Shown piece after piece: positions 1 through 11,582 of a stretch of DNA of 35,222 nt. The position numbers and the translations under genes were made by a program. Source of the stretch: Chiloscyllium plagiosum (lineage: Eukaryota); NCBI RefSeq assembly GCF_004010195.1, contig NC_057718.1:40899539-40934760 (forward strand), in the 5' to 3' direction. Under the pieces are notes generated by a model that saw nothing but the letters and a program-made list of their open reading frames with translations, ran no database searches and was not told where the DNA came from. Position 1 is the stretch's first letter. Each line of letters begins with the position of its first letter.

Positions 1-314
1 CCGGATCCCTCCAGCCCGGCACCGCCTTCCTGACCTGCAGTCTTTTTCTTGACCTCTCCGCCTCCATCCTACTCCGACCTATCACCCTCACCTTGACCTC
101 TTTCCACCTATCACATTTCCAACGCCCCTCCTCCAAGTCCCTCCTCCCTACCTTTTATCTTCTCCTGCTGAACACTCTCTGCTCATTTCTGAAGAAGGGC
201 CTGTGCCCGAAACGTCGAATCTCCTGTTCCCTGGATGCTGCCTGACCTGCTGTGCTGTTCCAGCAATAAAGTTTAAACTTTGATCTCCAGCATCTGCATA
301 CCTCACTTTCTCCT
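1..314 (+). mobile_element. Penelope-like element 3' terminal repeat (pLTR), 5' part outside window
   Basis: C-rich tract, hammerhead motif, then GATGCTGCCTGACCTGCTGTGCT...CTCCAGCATCTGCA.. CCTCACTTTCTCC; the same module follows the GIY-YIG coding segment at 23750-24046. Confidence 0.85.
185..220 (+). ncRNA. Minimal hammerhead ribozyme motif (best-preserved copy)
   Basis: ATTT-CTGAAGA-A-GGGC ctgt GCCC-GAAAC-GTC-GAAT: both core boxes, perfect 4-bp stem II, GUC cleavage triplet, short stem I (AUUU/GAAU). Confidence 0.8.
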
Positions 315-1630
315 CAATTCCTGCGGTGACAAGGCAAGGTGCTAGGAGGGGATGGTGGGTTGGTGGAGGGCATGGACCTGACAAGAGAGTTACAGACGAA
401 ATGGTCTTTATGGAAAGCGGATAGGAGTGGTGAGGGAAATATATCTGGTAGTGGGGTCCGTTTGTAGGTAGCGGAAATGGCGGAGGATGATGCGATGTAT
501 ACGGAGGTTGGTGGGGTGGAAGGCAAGGACCAGGAGGGTTCTGTCCTTGTTGCGGTTGGAGGGGTGGGGTTCAAGGGTGGAGGTGGAGGAAGAGGATGAG
601 ATCCACTTGAAGGCATCATCAACCATAAGGGAGGGGAAATTGCGGTCTTTAAAGGAGGCCACCCAGTATATTCTGTGGTGGAAATGGTCCTCCAGGGAGC
701 AGATGCGGTGGTGGCAGTGGAAGTGGGAATAAGGGATAGCGTTTTTACAGGAGGCTGTTTGGGAGGAAGTGTAGTTCAGGTAGCTGTGGGAGTCGCTGGG
801 TTTGTAGAAGATGTCCATGATGAGTCAGTCACCGTTGATGAAGATGGAAAGGTCCAGGAGGGGAGGGAGGTGTCTGAGATGGTCCAGGTGAACTTAACGT
901 CGGGGTGGAATGTGTTGGTGAAGTTGATGAACTGTTCAACCTCATGGGAGAATGAGGTGGCGCCGATACAATCATCAATGTAGCGGAGGAAAAGGTGGGG
1001 AATAGTGCCAGTGTAACTACAGAAGATAGACTATTCCATGTAGCCAACAAAGAGACAAGCATAGCTGGGGCTCGTGCAGGTGCCCATGGCTACCCCTTTT
1101 GTCTGGGGGAAGTGGGAAGATTCAAAGGAGAAATTATTGAGGGTGAGGACCAGTTCAGCCAAACGAATGAGAGTGTCAGTGGAGGGGTACTGCTGGTGAC
1201 ACTGGGAGATGAAGAAACGGAGGGCTTGGAGGCCCTTGTCAAGACAGATAGAGGTGTATAGGGACTGGATGTCCATGGTGAAGATGACACTTTGGAGGCC
1301 AAGGAAATGAAATTCTTGGAGGAGGTGGAGGGCGTGGGTGGTATTTTTGGGAGTTCCTGGACCGAGGGGATAGGACAATATCAAAGTATATGGAGGGGCA
1401 TTCGGTGGGGCAAGAGCAGGCCGAGACGATGGGTCAGCTGGGGCAGTCAGGCTTGTGAATCTTCGGTAGGTGGTAGAATCGGGCAGTGTGGGGTTCCTGG
1501 GCTATGAGGTTGGAAAATGTGGGTGGGAGATTCCCTGAGGTGATGAGGTTGTGTATGGTCTGGGTGATGATGATTTGGTGATGGGGGTATGGTGAGATCA
1601 TGGTCAAGGGGACAGTAGGAGGAGGTGTCT
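315..1630 (-). pseudogene. Penelope-like reverse transcriptase, frameshifted and truncated
   Basis: Minus-strand ORF pieces IFTMDIQSLYTSI, LIRLAELVLTLNNFSF, QTKGVAMGT..SPSYACLFVG, FLRYIDD (~970-993), DIFYKPSDSHSYL; ends at Cys linker PCHRRN. Confidence 0.9.
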
Positions 1631-1639
1631 GGACAAGTT

Positions 1640-1792
1640 CAGAAGTCAGACAATACCAGGTTATAGTCCAACGTTAAATTAAAATCACAGGCTTTCAGAG
1701 CGTTGCCACTTTACCTGACAAAGAGGCAGAAATCTGAAAGCTTGTAAATTCAAATAAACCTGTTGGACTATAACTGGCGTGTCTGACTTCTG
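1640..1792. repeat. Palindromic Penelope-derived mini-element (two inverted terminal repeats, separate PLE family)
   Basis: CAGAAGTCAGAC 1640-1651 / GTCTGACTTCTG 1781-1792; TTATAGTCCAAC / GTTGGACTATAA; GCTTTCAGA 1691-1699 / TCTGAAAGC 1733-1741; degenerate CTGA...GAAAGCT core in right arm. Confidence 0.75.
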
Positions 1793-1846
1793 GATTTCAT
1801 GTGTAATTGCCCAATGGAGTCAAGACAAATTGTAACCCCCAGTTAT

Positions 1847-2606
1847 TGTGATCTCCATGGAGAGTTAAACGTTTTAAAGTAAAACTGAAATTTCCACTTA
1901 ACAGTTGAGAGAATACCGCATCAAAGTTTCATATTTTAAAACTTGACCAAAAATACTATTGACTAAAATGTTCTTTTGTTGGCAACAAGTAGTTTACATA
2001 TAGAAATAACTTTATTGATAACTCCTCACAAACATGGGTGTCGTTCTGAAGCCAAGCTTCCACCTGCACTCTGCGTCGTGCACAATTCAATCCGTACTTT
2101 CTGCTTAAGAGGTTCTACCTCTTCTTGAATTGCACCTACTTTTTACAACACCTGGATTTAAAGCCTGTAAGCTATTTCAAAGTGTCACCTTCTTCTCTCT
2201 GTTCCAATGCAAAATTAGCTTTATGTCGAAGTAAACTTGTTGATATGTAATCCTTGATCTCAACTTCCTTTCATGTCAGGTGAAAAGAGATAATTTTTAA
2301 CACAACTGTTTACACATTAATATCTATATTATGTTTTTGTCACTGTAGGAGACGTAATATTATTAGAAATTGGTGATATTGCACCCAACCATAAATATCT
2401 TGAACCTCCCTGTCAATAAAATAATCAACTTCTTTCTCAGATCTCTGTCAATTAAACAGCCAGTCTGTTAAAAAGACACCCAATCAGGTCACATGACTCC
2501 TTATAATTTAGCATACATTTAAAAATGCAGTCCAAAAGTATAGTAATTTTATAAACCAAAAGATACAATCTTAAACATAATATAGAGTAATCTTATAATC
2601 CTCACA
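1847..2606. mobile_element. Possible solo LTR
   Basis: TGTGA...TCACA termini, minus-strand AATAAA near 2011, no ORF; no TSD confirmed. Confidence 0.25.
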
Positions 2607-2609
2607 CTT

Positions 2610-3234
2610 CGGATTGGAGTATTGAATATAGAATTTGAGAGGTCAAGTTGTGGCTGTAAAGGGCATTTGCTAGGCCACTTTTGGAATACTGCATTCAATT
2701 CTGGTCTCCATGCTATACGAACAATGTTGTAAAACCTGAAAGGGTTCAGAAAAGATTTACAAGGATGTGGCCAGGGTTGGAAGGTTTGAACATGGGGAGA
2801 GATTGAATAGGCTGGGGCTATTTTCCTTTCAACATTGAACGCAGAGGGATCACCTTATAGACGATTATAAAGACATGAGGGGCATGGATAGGGTGATAGC
2901 TAAGGTCTTTTCCTTGGGGTGGGAGAGCTCAGAACTAGAGGACATAAGTTTAAGGTGAGAGGAGGGGAAAGATTTAAAAAGGGACCTAAGGGACAACATT
3001 TTCACACAGAGAGTGGTGCGTATATGGATTGAGCTGCTAGAGGAAGTAGTGGAGGCTGATACAATTATTTAAATGCATTTAAAAGGCATTTGGATGAGTA
3101 CTGTATATGAGTAAGAAGGGCTTAGAGGGATGTGTGCCAAATGCTGGCAAATGGGACTAGATTAATTTAGGATATCTGGTTGGAATGACCGAAGGATCTG
3201 CTTCTATGCGAAACAACTAGACTCTATGACTCTA
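2610..3234 (+). mobile_element. CR1 LINE (HER1-like) 5'-truncated 3' end
   Basis: RPLLEYCIQFWSP..ERVQKRFTRM-type ORF2 C-terminus; CTCTATGACTCTA tail. Confidence 0.9.
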
Positions 3235-3434
3235 ATTGGTAGTGAACTATTAGTGAAAAAACATGTCGCACCATACAACAGAAGTATTCATAGGAATACT
3301 CATAGACATGTCAAAACCATCATCTCAAAAATTGAGACAAACTCTTAAAAAAAAGCAAGAAATTTGATATAAAACTCCTGAGTTACTGTTTTTTCCAAAC
3401 ATAAGCAAATGTAGATTGATGCTTACTTGCCATG

Positions 3435-3849
3435 TTTTATTCATTCACGGGATGTGGGTGTCTCTGGCTAATCTAGCATTTATTACCCATCCCAAATTGC
3501 TCAGAGGGCAGTTAAGTGTCAACCATATTGCTATGGGTCTGGAGTCATGTGTAGATTAGAGTGGTGCTGGAAAAGCACAGCTGGTCAGGCAGCATCCGAG
3601 GAGTCACGTGTAGGCTAGTCCAGTTAAGAACGGCAGATTCCTTCCCTGAAGGACATTAATGAACCAAACGTTTTTTTCTGACAATCGTTGACCAATGATT
3701 TTATGGTCATCATTAGACTCTTAATTCCTGATATTTATTGAATTCAAATTCCACCATCTACCATGGCAGGATTTGAACCAGTCCCCAGAACATTACCAGG
3801 GTCTCTGCATTAATAGTCTAGCAATAACACCATCAGGCCATTACCTCCC
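3435..3849 (-). mobile_element. tRNA-derived SINE, near full length, interrupted by 45-bp PLE insert
   Basis: Minus strand A-box TGGCCTGATGG (3830-3840), B-box GGTTCAAATCC (3769-3779), tail ...CACATCCCGTGAATGAATAAAA resembling the LINE end at 30795-30850. Confidence 0.8.
3555..3599 (-). mobile_element. 45-bp Penelope pLTR tip with 14-bp TSD
   Basis: Near-identical reverse complement of ~23993-24037; flanked by GGAGTCATGTGTAG (3541-3554) and GGAGTCACGTGTAG (3600-3613). Confidence 0.85.
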
Positions 3850-4004
3850 TCATTTATTATTATTTATTAAATTTCTAACATGTCAGACCCCTTTAAAGTA
3901 ATTAAACTACTGCAGCTGAAAATACTTTACAAAAGAAAATTTAAAAATGTTAGCTGCTATCCCAAACATGCAAAAAAAAAATCAACTTACCACCACAATT
4001 GAAT

Positions 4005-4200
4005 GATGCAGCTATTCAGCCCTTTGTGCCTGTGTTGGCTCTTTGTTAGAGCTATCCAATTACACTTGCACTTCCCAGTCCTTTCTCTTTCACCCTGCTA
4101 ATATTTCTCATTCAGGCATTTTTCCAATTTCCTTTTTGAAGCTTTTACTGAATCTGCTTTCCGCAGCATCTCAGGAAGTTTTTTCTAAGTCACAACAAAT
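4005..4200 (-). mobile_element. Old CR1 3' UTR fragment
   Basis: GCTATTCAGCCC..GTGCCTGTGTTGGCTCT resembles reverse CR1 3' end; very diverged. Confidence 0.4.
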
Positions 4201-4531
4201 TACCGTATATAATAAAATTGTGATAAGTCGATTCAAAGGGAGCCCATTCACAAATTCATGTTGAAGAAGCTTTAAAATGGCCAATTAAGGAAGACCTTGT
4301 ATACCCCAATTTGCCTACGAAGACATTGTATTAAAAAATTGTAAATGACACAGTGACACAGTAAGTCTAGGAGAAATGTTTGTTTCTCAATTTGTTCAGA
4401 CCTTACAATAGCTTGCACAGAAAGAGTCTGGAAAAACTCAGAAATCTTTTCTCATTCAGCATACTGTCTTTGGAGGAGGCCATCATGTTTGGCCGCAATA
4501 ACAACATGTTTTCTGTGTTTTTGCATTACAG

Positions 4532-4588
4532 TACGAAACCCCAAAGCATTTCTGTGTCCTTTACATCTTCAGCTAAGGAAACAGACAG
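4532..4588 (+). other. Candidate 57-nt host cassette exon (unidentified gene)
   Basis: TTTTCTGTGTTTTTGCATTACAG| ... CAG|GTGAGC; length divisible by 3; two open frames (RNPKAFLCPLHLQLRKQT or TKPQSISVSFTSSAKETD); non-repeat context. Confidence 0.35.
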
Positions 4589-5058
4589 GTGAGCAGTGGG
4601 CATTCATCAGCCCTTCAGGGTCATCAGGATGATAACAGTGTTTTCTTCCTGTTGATTTATTTTATCCATTTTCCTGATCCATGCCACAAAAATGCTGCAG
4701 GTTGTTCAGGTGGGTTTTGTTAGCCTCATTCAATGTGAATAGTACAATGACATTGCAAAGCAATGGATCTTCTATGATTTTCTTATCGCAAGAGGAAGCA
4801 ATTTTTCAGTGCGATCCAAATTGACACAATATTATAGTGACAAGTTCCTTTCTTCACTTTCTATCTTTATACATTAAAAAGCAATCTGGTGAAAGACAAT
4901 AAAACAGTCAATTTTATCAGTTAAAAAACATCTTGGTGTATATTCATTCAGGACATTGGCAAGACAGTGTTGCACTCTAGCATGATGTAACTCCATTCCG
5001 ATTGGTTTATGTCACCGTATGACAAGCATGCATGAGTTTAGTGAATCTGGAATTACTC

Positions 5059-5720
5059 TAGAGTCATAGAGAGGAACCGTATGGAAACAAATGCTTCAGT
5101 CCAACTCATTCCTGCTGACCAGGTATCCTAAATTAATCTAGTCCCATTTGGCCCATATCTCTCTAAACCCATCCTATTCATGTACCCATCCAGATACCTT
5201 TTAAATATTGTAATTGTACCAACATCCACCATTTTCTCTGGTAGCTCATTCTATGTATGAACCACCCTCTGCATGAAACATTTGTCTCTTAGATCCCTTT
5301 TAAATCTTTCCCCTCTTACCCTAAACATATACCCTCTAGTTCTGGACTCCCCCAACTGAGGGAAAAGACCATGTCTATTTACCTTATCCATGTCCCTCAT
5401 GAATTTATAAACCTCTATAAGATTACCCCTCAGACTCTGACGCTCCAGGGAAAACAGCCCAGTCTAATCAGCCTCTCCCTATAGCTCAGACCCTCCAACT
5501 CCAGCAACTTCCTTGTAAATCTTTTCTGAACCCTTTCAAGTTTCACAACATCCTTCCCACAGGAGGGAGACCAGACTTGCACAAACCATTTCAAAAGTGG
5601 CCTAATCAATGTCATTCACAGCTGCAACGTGATCTCGCAACTCCTATATTCAGTGCTCTGACCAATAAAGTAAAAGCATGCTAAACACCTTCTTCACTAT
5701 CCTATCTACCTGAGACTCAA
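5059..5720 (-). mobile_element. CR1 LINE 3' end
   Basis: TAGAGTCATAGA reverse tail; ORF piece LIRPLL..VQVWSP..DVVKLERVQKRFTR..EGLSYRERL. Confidence 0.9.
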
Positions 5721-6049
5721 CTTGTTTTATTATGGGCTTCCTTCTGCCAGCAGGAATGGCTGACATCTTCGCCAAAGCAAAGTTCTGGGTTATCTCCATT
5801 TGACTTATCACGATTTGATTGTAATTATTTTCCCCTCATGTTGTCTCTAGTTTTTCTCCAGTTGCTTAAATCTGTATTCTTTGGTTACTTATATTTCTAG
5901 CACTGGAAACAGTTTCTGTTTTTGACTGTCTTGAATTTAAAAATGTTGTCAATTAATGTTAAAATGCAAACAACTAATTAAATCAAAGACTAAAACACAA
6001 ATAGATTTAAACTCATTCCCTATGTCTGACAGTTTTGGACCCTGTACAG

Positions 6050-6130
6050 GGCGATAGGATTACTTTAAACTGGCATCGTGATTAGGGCAGACATGGTGGT
6101 CCGGGAGCCTGTTCCTATGCTGTATGTTCC
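6050..6130 (+). mobile_element. CR1 terminal fragment
   Basis: GGCAGACATGGTGG...GCCTGTTCCTATGCTGTATGTTC resembles CR1 3' terminus. Confidence 0.5.
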
Positions 6131-6289
6131 AAGTTTTACCTTTGTTTTATTTTCATCATAGTTCAGCTGCTAGAGAGGTGTAAGAACATGGCAAAAACTT
6201 ATACCTTACTTTCCTAAGTTTCACTAAGGCATATGACACCATTAGAATAACAGGACTCCATAAGAACACCAGATGAGATGAGGTTAGTG

Positions 6290-6635
6290 ACCACAGTGAA
6301 CACAATAGCCTGGTTTCCATGGGGTCCACAGGGAGATAGGAGGAGGTATCTGAGAGCCGGTGCGCAGCCTCTGCAATGTAGAGGTCAGTATGCCAGACAA
6401 CAACAGCACCAGCCTTGTCAACAGGCTTAATTATAAAGTCAGGGTTGGATCTGAGAGTCAGTTCAGAGGGAGATAGGTTCAGATGGGTTAGTGAGGGCAG
6501 AGCTATTGAGGCGACAAATGTCACATTGACTGTTCTCGATGACCAGGCTGAGTGCATGTGTGTAGGTGGGTGAAGGTGTTTGTGGAACAGGGAGAGACTC
6601 TTGTTCAAAGAAATGGGTACGGAGGTGAAGGCAAC
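6290..6635 (-). pseudogene. Penelope-like ORF fragment upstream of RT core
   Basis: NLSPSE..LRSNPDFIIKPVDKAGAVVVW.TDLYIAEA..RLSDTSSY matches the PLE IKPADKG motif. Confidence 0.8.
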
Positions 6636-7793
6636 GAAGTTCAATGTCAAGATTTATGAAAAAAATTAATCATTCACCGGAACTCCTCAGTCTCATCTAT
6701 TCCTTCCATGACAACATGCCATGCACTGACTAATTTGGTAGTTCCACCTGCAGTAATTTCAGAGTGAAGAATGGAGTGAAACAGAGCTGTGTCCTAGCCC
6801 CAATTCTTTTAGAATCTTCTCCCTGTTCTGAACCTACACCTTCCTTGCAGACATGGATAAGGAGTCTAATTAACCACTGGGCAAGACAACAAGCTCTACA
6901 ATTCTTTAAGACAGAAAATGAAGCCAAAGACAGATCACATTCTAATCAGAGAACTTTTCCAATTCATGATGCTGCTGTAGTCACCCATACAGCAACTTAG
7001 ATACAAAGACTCTTACATTGTCTCTCCATGCCTGTAATTTGTTCTCCCTGGCCACAGGCATCAAGAAAACTATAGCCAAGGGACGCGGTGTTGCATCTCT
7101 GCACTTGATCACACTTAAAAAAACCTGCTGGAATGTTCTACTACCTTGGGTTCACATGGACAGATAATCTCCTTTGATGCAAAATTTGATAAATTGGTCA
7201 AGTAGCTACATCTTTGGCCAACTCAAAAAAATACATTATGACAACAGCAAGGTGATCCTTATGACAAAGTTAATGGTTTTTAAGACCTGTTGTCTCGGTG
7301 CTTTGTTTAATGTCTTTAAAAGATAGGCAACATATAGCTAACAGGAAAAGAAGCTCAATAATTTCTATCTTTGCTCTATGTGGCAGATTAGCATATATCT
7401 GGCAATCATAAATGCAGCAGCCCTCTCAAAGACAGAGTTCCCAAGTGTGTTGCACAGACACAACAAGGCAGTTTTGATAGATTGGGCACAGTGTGAATTT
7501 GCAACCAACAATGTGTTTGAGCCTTGATGCAGCAATGCTGTATTACTTTCAGTAATATAAGAATCTGGGTGTGGATATTGTGGTGTTGAAGAATCCAAGA
7601 GACATTCATTACAGTTAGATGTAAACATAATGTGTCTGGGCTAACATTAACTTTAGATTGCAATAGAGGCACATGCTTCAAGTGATCCCAGAGTAAGGTG
7701 GAGTATGAGTACTTATACCCACAAGGCATATGCCAAGATACAGCGATGATGTCAGAGTATATCTCTTGCAGGTACACTGACTGTGAGATATAA

Positions 7794-8029
7794 GCTTAAA
7801 AATGTGTTGCTGGAAAAGCACAGCACGTCAGGCAGCATCAAAGGAACAGGAGAATCGACATTTCGGGCATAAGCCCTTCTTCAGGAATGAGGAGGGTGTG
7901 CCAAGCAGGCTAAGATAAAAGGTAGGGCAGAGGGACTTGGGGGAGGGGTATTGGAAATATTGCCATGGTCTGGCGATGGAGAAGGCCAAGGACCTGCATG
8001 TCCTTGGCAGAGTGGGAGGGGGAGTTATA
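7794..8029 (-). mobile_element. Penelope mini-insert (GIY-YIG tail fused to pLTR) with perfect 14-bp TSD
   Basis: ACTGTGAGATATAA at 7780-7793 and 8030-8043; NSPSHSAKDMQVLGLLHRQ coding remnant; pLTR module. Confidence 0.9.
7855..7884 (-). ncRNA. Minimal hammerhead motif
   Basis: Minus: CTGAAGA-A-GGGC ttat GCCC-GAAAT-GTC-GA (C>T after GAAA). Confidence 0.7.
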
Positions 8030-8249
8030 ACTGTGAGATATAACTCAACAGGACATTCCTGCAGAATGGAAAATGGTCACATGCACAAGAACCTTCTGTA
8101 TGTTTAAGTTACCAGAGCCAGACCACCAGTGGAAAATATTTGAACTGGTGTCAAGCAAGGCTATGATGTAACTCTCATTCTATTTACAATTTACCTGAAG
8201 GTACTTATTCATCTAATTAACAATCTACTGCCCTCTGGTGTCAGTATTA

Positions 8250-9150
8250 AATACTGTCTTGATGGTCTAGATGGAAAACTTTTTAACCTCAATTGCCTCC
8301 ATGCCAAAACTAAACTGACCACCTTTGATGTACCTGATAGGTTGTGGGTAACACACTTACATTTGTCATACAAAAACCTCAGTCTGTCCCTGAATTTTGC
8401 TGAAACAAACCTCATCTATCAACACATACTTTGTCAGCCCAATAGAGTGTCTTGCATATGTGTTGAAGGAGAATCGCTGGAATATGTTGAGCACTTCCCA
8501 TACATTGGCAGCCATCACTCTCAAACGCCATCATTGATGACACAATTCAGTATCAGATTGTGCTACATCAGTCTATCCTTCTGCAACTCTGGTAGCGAGA
8601 GTTTGACAACAAAGACCTCCACAAATCAGTAGAGGTCCTGGTCTACAGAGTAATGTTGTCACCATGCTCCTATACTGCAGTAAGACCTAGCCTGTATCAT
8701 GACACATAACAGTGCTAGAGAAATGTTATCAGTAAAGTCTTTGCGATATCCCTCAGATTCAACAGGAGGGCTGAGAGTGTTGAACAAAAACTTCTGGAAG
8801 CCAACTCCACAAGCAATCAGGGAATACCCCTGAAAAATCACTTTTGATGGACTGACCATGGTGCCTGGATGACCAAAACACATCTCCCCTTCCAGGTCCT
8901 ATTTTTCTAACTCTGAAATGGTCACTGTTCCAGGGAAGAACAAAGAAAATACTTCAAAGACAGTTTGAAGTTCTCCCTGAAAGGCAGCAATATTGACCCT
9001 AATGATCGGAAAATGATGTTACCAATTATTAAGAATGGTAATGGTTTGTCCATCAAGCTGCATTATACTTTGAGTTACAATGTCTCAATGATATATGCAT
9101 GGAGACATGGACAACAAACAAAAAGACTGACGATAAAAGCTACAAACATT
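8250..9150 (+). mobile_element. Second decayed RTE-clade LINE fragment
   Basis: DGKLFNL..LHAKTK and LEYVEHFPYIGSH motifs; QRKYFKDSLK-type C-terminal segment near 8940-8975. Confidence 0.7.
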
Positions 9151-9805
9151 CAAAATGTGGATATTTAGGAGGATATTTCACATATTCAACATAAACAGAA
9201 AGGCTTATGGCAAGATGCTAGAAGTGGCTGGAGGAAAGAGTAAATTAGAGCATAACAAAAAGGAACAAGTAGAATATTTTGGTCACATCACTAGAATAAA
9301 TGATAGACAGAGACTGTTACTGGAATGAAAGATTGATGGAAAACACAGAAGAAGAAAGCAGTGGAGGAAATGGATGATAAAAAAAGGATTGGTGCAGTTG
9401 ACCTATGTGGTGTGTAAAAGAGCAGCCGAGGACAGTCAGGTGGAGATCCATGCCAGGTAGGCTCTTGGGGAGAAGGGGTAAATGATGAAGCAGAGTGGTG
9501 GCAATGAAGGACACAAAAAAGAAGCAAATGCTGTATTCTGGAACGCACTACCTTGGGACATTCTGCCCCATGTGTCCAAATATTGGTGGGACAAGTATGG
9601 CCTGCTCAGTCCCTCTGATACTTTGGAGAAGACTCAAATGTCTTTGAAGGGTGACCTGAAGCAGCTCAGTGTCTAGCAAGCTCATTACTGGAACACACCA
9701 TCTCAGCCTGGTGTGACAGGCTGACTGGTAATGACAAGGGCACTGCCTGAGAAAACACGGGTGGGAGGGCAAATGCTATCTTCCAAAGAAAGCAAAGCAG
9801 GTTTG

Positions 9806-10955
9806 TAGAGCCATAGAGTCTCGGAATTATATTGCATGATAGCAGACCCTTTGTCCAACTTATCCATGCTGACCAGGTTTCCCAATCTACTCCAATTTGC
9901 CTGCATTTGGCCCATAACCCTCTAAATCTTACCTATTCATGTACCTGTCCAAATGTCTTTTAAATGCTGTAACTGTATCTGCATCCATCACTTCCTTTAG
10001 AAGTTCATTCCATAAATGCGCCACTTTCTGTGTGAAAACATTGCCCCACAGATCACTTCTAAATCTTTCCCCCGCCACCTTAAAAAATATGCCCTCTAGT
10101 TTTAAACTGCCCCATCCTAAGAAAACGACCTTAGCTATTCACATTATCTATGGCTATCATGATTTTATAAACATCTATAAGGTCACCCCTCAACCTCCTA
10201 TGCTCCTGTGAAAAAAGTCCCGGCCTATCCAGCCTATTTTCATATCTCAAACCCTCCATTTTCAGCATCATCTTGGTAAATTTGTTTCTGAACCTTCTCC
10301 AATTTAATAATATCCTTCCTAGAGTAGGAAGAACTGAACACAGTACTCCAAAACTCCCTCACCAACATCTTATACCACCTTAACATAACATCCCCACAGC
10401 TAAACTGAGCAATGAAGGTTTGCATGCTAAACACCTTCTTAACCACCCTGTCTACCTGTGACACAATGTTCAAAGAACTATGCACCTGAACCCCTAGGTT
10501 TCTGTGTTTGACAATACTAGCATGGCCCCTATCATTAACTATATAAATCCTGCCCTTGTCTGTTTTACCAAAATCCTTCCATTTATCCAAATTAAACTTA
10601 TCTACTCCTCCTCAGCTCACTGGCCTGATTGATCAAAATTCCTCATTATCAGCTCTACCATCAATTTGGTGTAATCCGCAAGCCTACTAACTATTCCTCT
10701 TAAATTCTCATCCAAATCGTTTATATAAATGACAAACAACAGTGAACCCAGCACCTATCCATGTGGAACTCTACCTCTCACAAGCCTTCAGTCCAAAAAA
10801 TAACTCCACCATCACCTTCTATCTCCTACTGTCAAGTCAATTTTGTATCCAATTGATAAGCTCTCTCTGAATCCTGTATGACCTAACTTTACTAATCAGT
10901 CTACCTTTTGGAATCTTGTCAAAGGCTTTACTGAAGTCCGTATAGACAATATCTA
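9806..10955 (-). mobile_element. CR1 LINE ORF2 C-terminal part and 3' UTR
   Basis: DIVYTDFSKAFDKIP, LGVQVHSSL..SQVDRVVKK; reverse tail TAGAGCCATAGAGTC. Confidence 0.9.
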
Positions 10956-11351
10956 TTACCGAGTTAAATGGAACAATTGTCACTCTCCCTCTGCGATGTC
11001 TCAGCAATTTCAGTAATCTATGGAAAGTAGATTTCTGGCCTGCTGTTACACTGTCCAAACTCTTTTGTACACTGCTACTCAAGAGTTTCTATAAACAGGA
11101 AATGACTTTAAACCTGCCTAATTATCTGAAAAAGAACAACCAGGCACTTAATATTTAACATGATCCTTAACTGCTCTGTTGCATAAATCAAACACTAAGC
11201 AGAGCATGCCTCACCTTTTAATCTGTTAAAATATGAGGGACAGGGAACTCCCAAATTCCACTATTTAAAGAAAATAATATCAATTTATGTTTTAACTCCA
11301 AAAGTGAACATTAAATGATAACTGTTCACAACTCTCTGCCCCCCTTTCTCA

Positions 11352-11582
11352 TTACATTTTTACATTACATTACATTACATTACAGTATGGAAACAGGCCC
11401 TTTGGCCCAACAAGTCCACACCGACCCGCCGAAGCTATGGACAATTTAGCATGGCCAATTCACCTGGCCTGCACATCTTTGGACTGTGGGAGAAAACCGG
11501 AGCACCTGGAGGAAACCCACGCAGACATGGGGAGAATGTGCAAACTCCACACTGTCAGTCGCCTGAGGCAGGAATTGAACCC
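11352..11582 (-). mobile_element. HE1-like V-SINE, 5'-truncated and internally deleted, (TGTAA)n tail
   Basis: V-domain GGAGTTTGCACATTCTCCCC..TCTGCGTGGGTTTCCTCC on minus; B-box GGGTTCAATTCC; CR1-like tail; (TTACA)n on plus. Confidence 0.88.

Larger units (their letters stand above)
6660..8200 (+). mobile_element. Decayed RTE-clade LINE RT region, interrupted
   Basis: FRVKNGVKQSCVLAPIL (RTE GVKQGCVLAPTLF motif) at ~6757-6810; many indels downstream. Confidence 0.7.

Noticed and set aside
7540..7780. Gypsy integrase remnant inside the RTE
   Set aside because: No motif could be read convincingly
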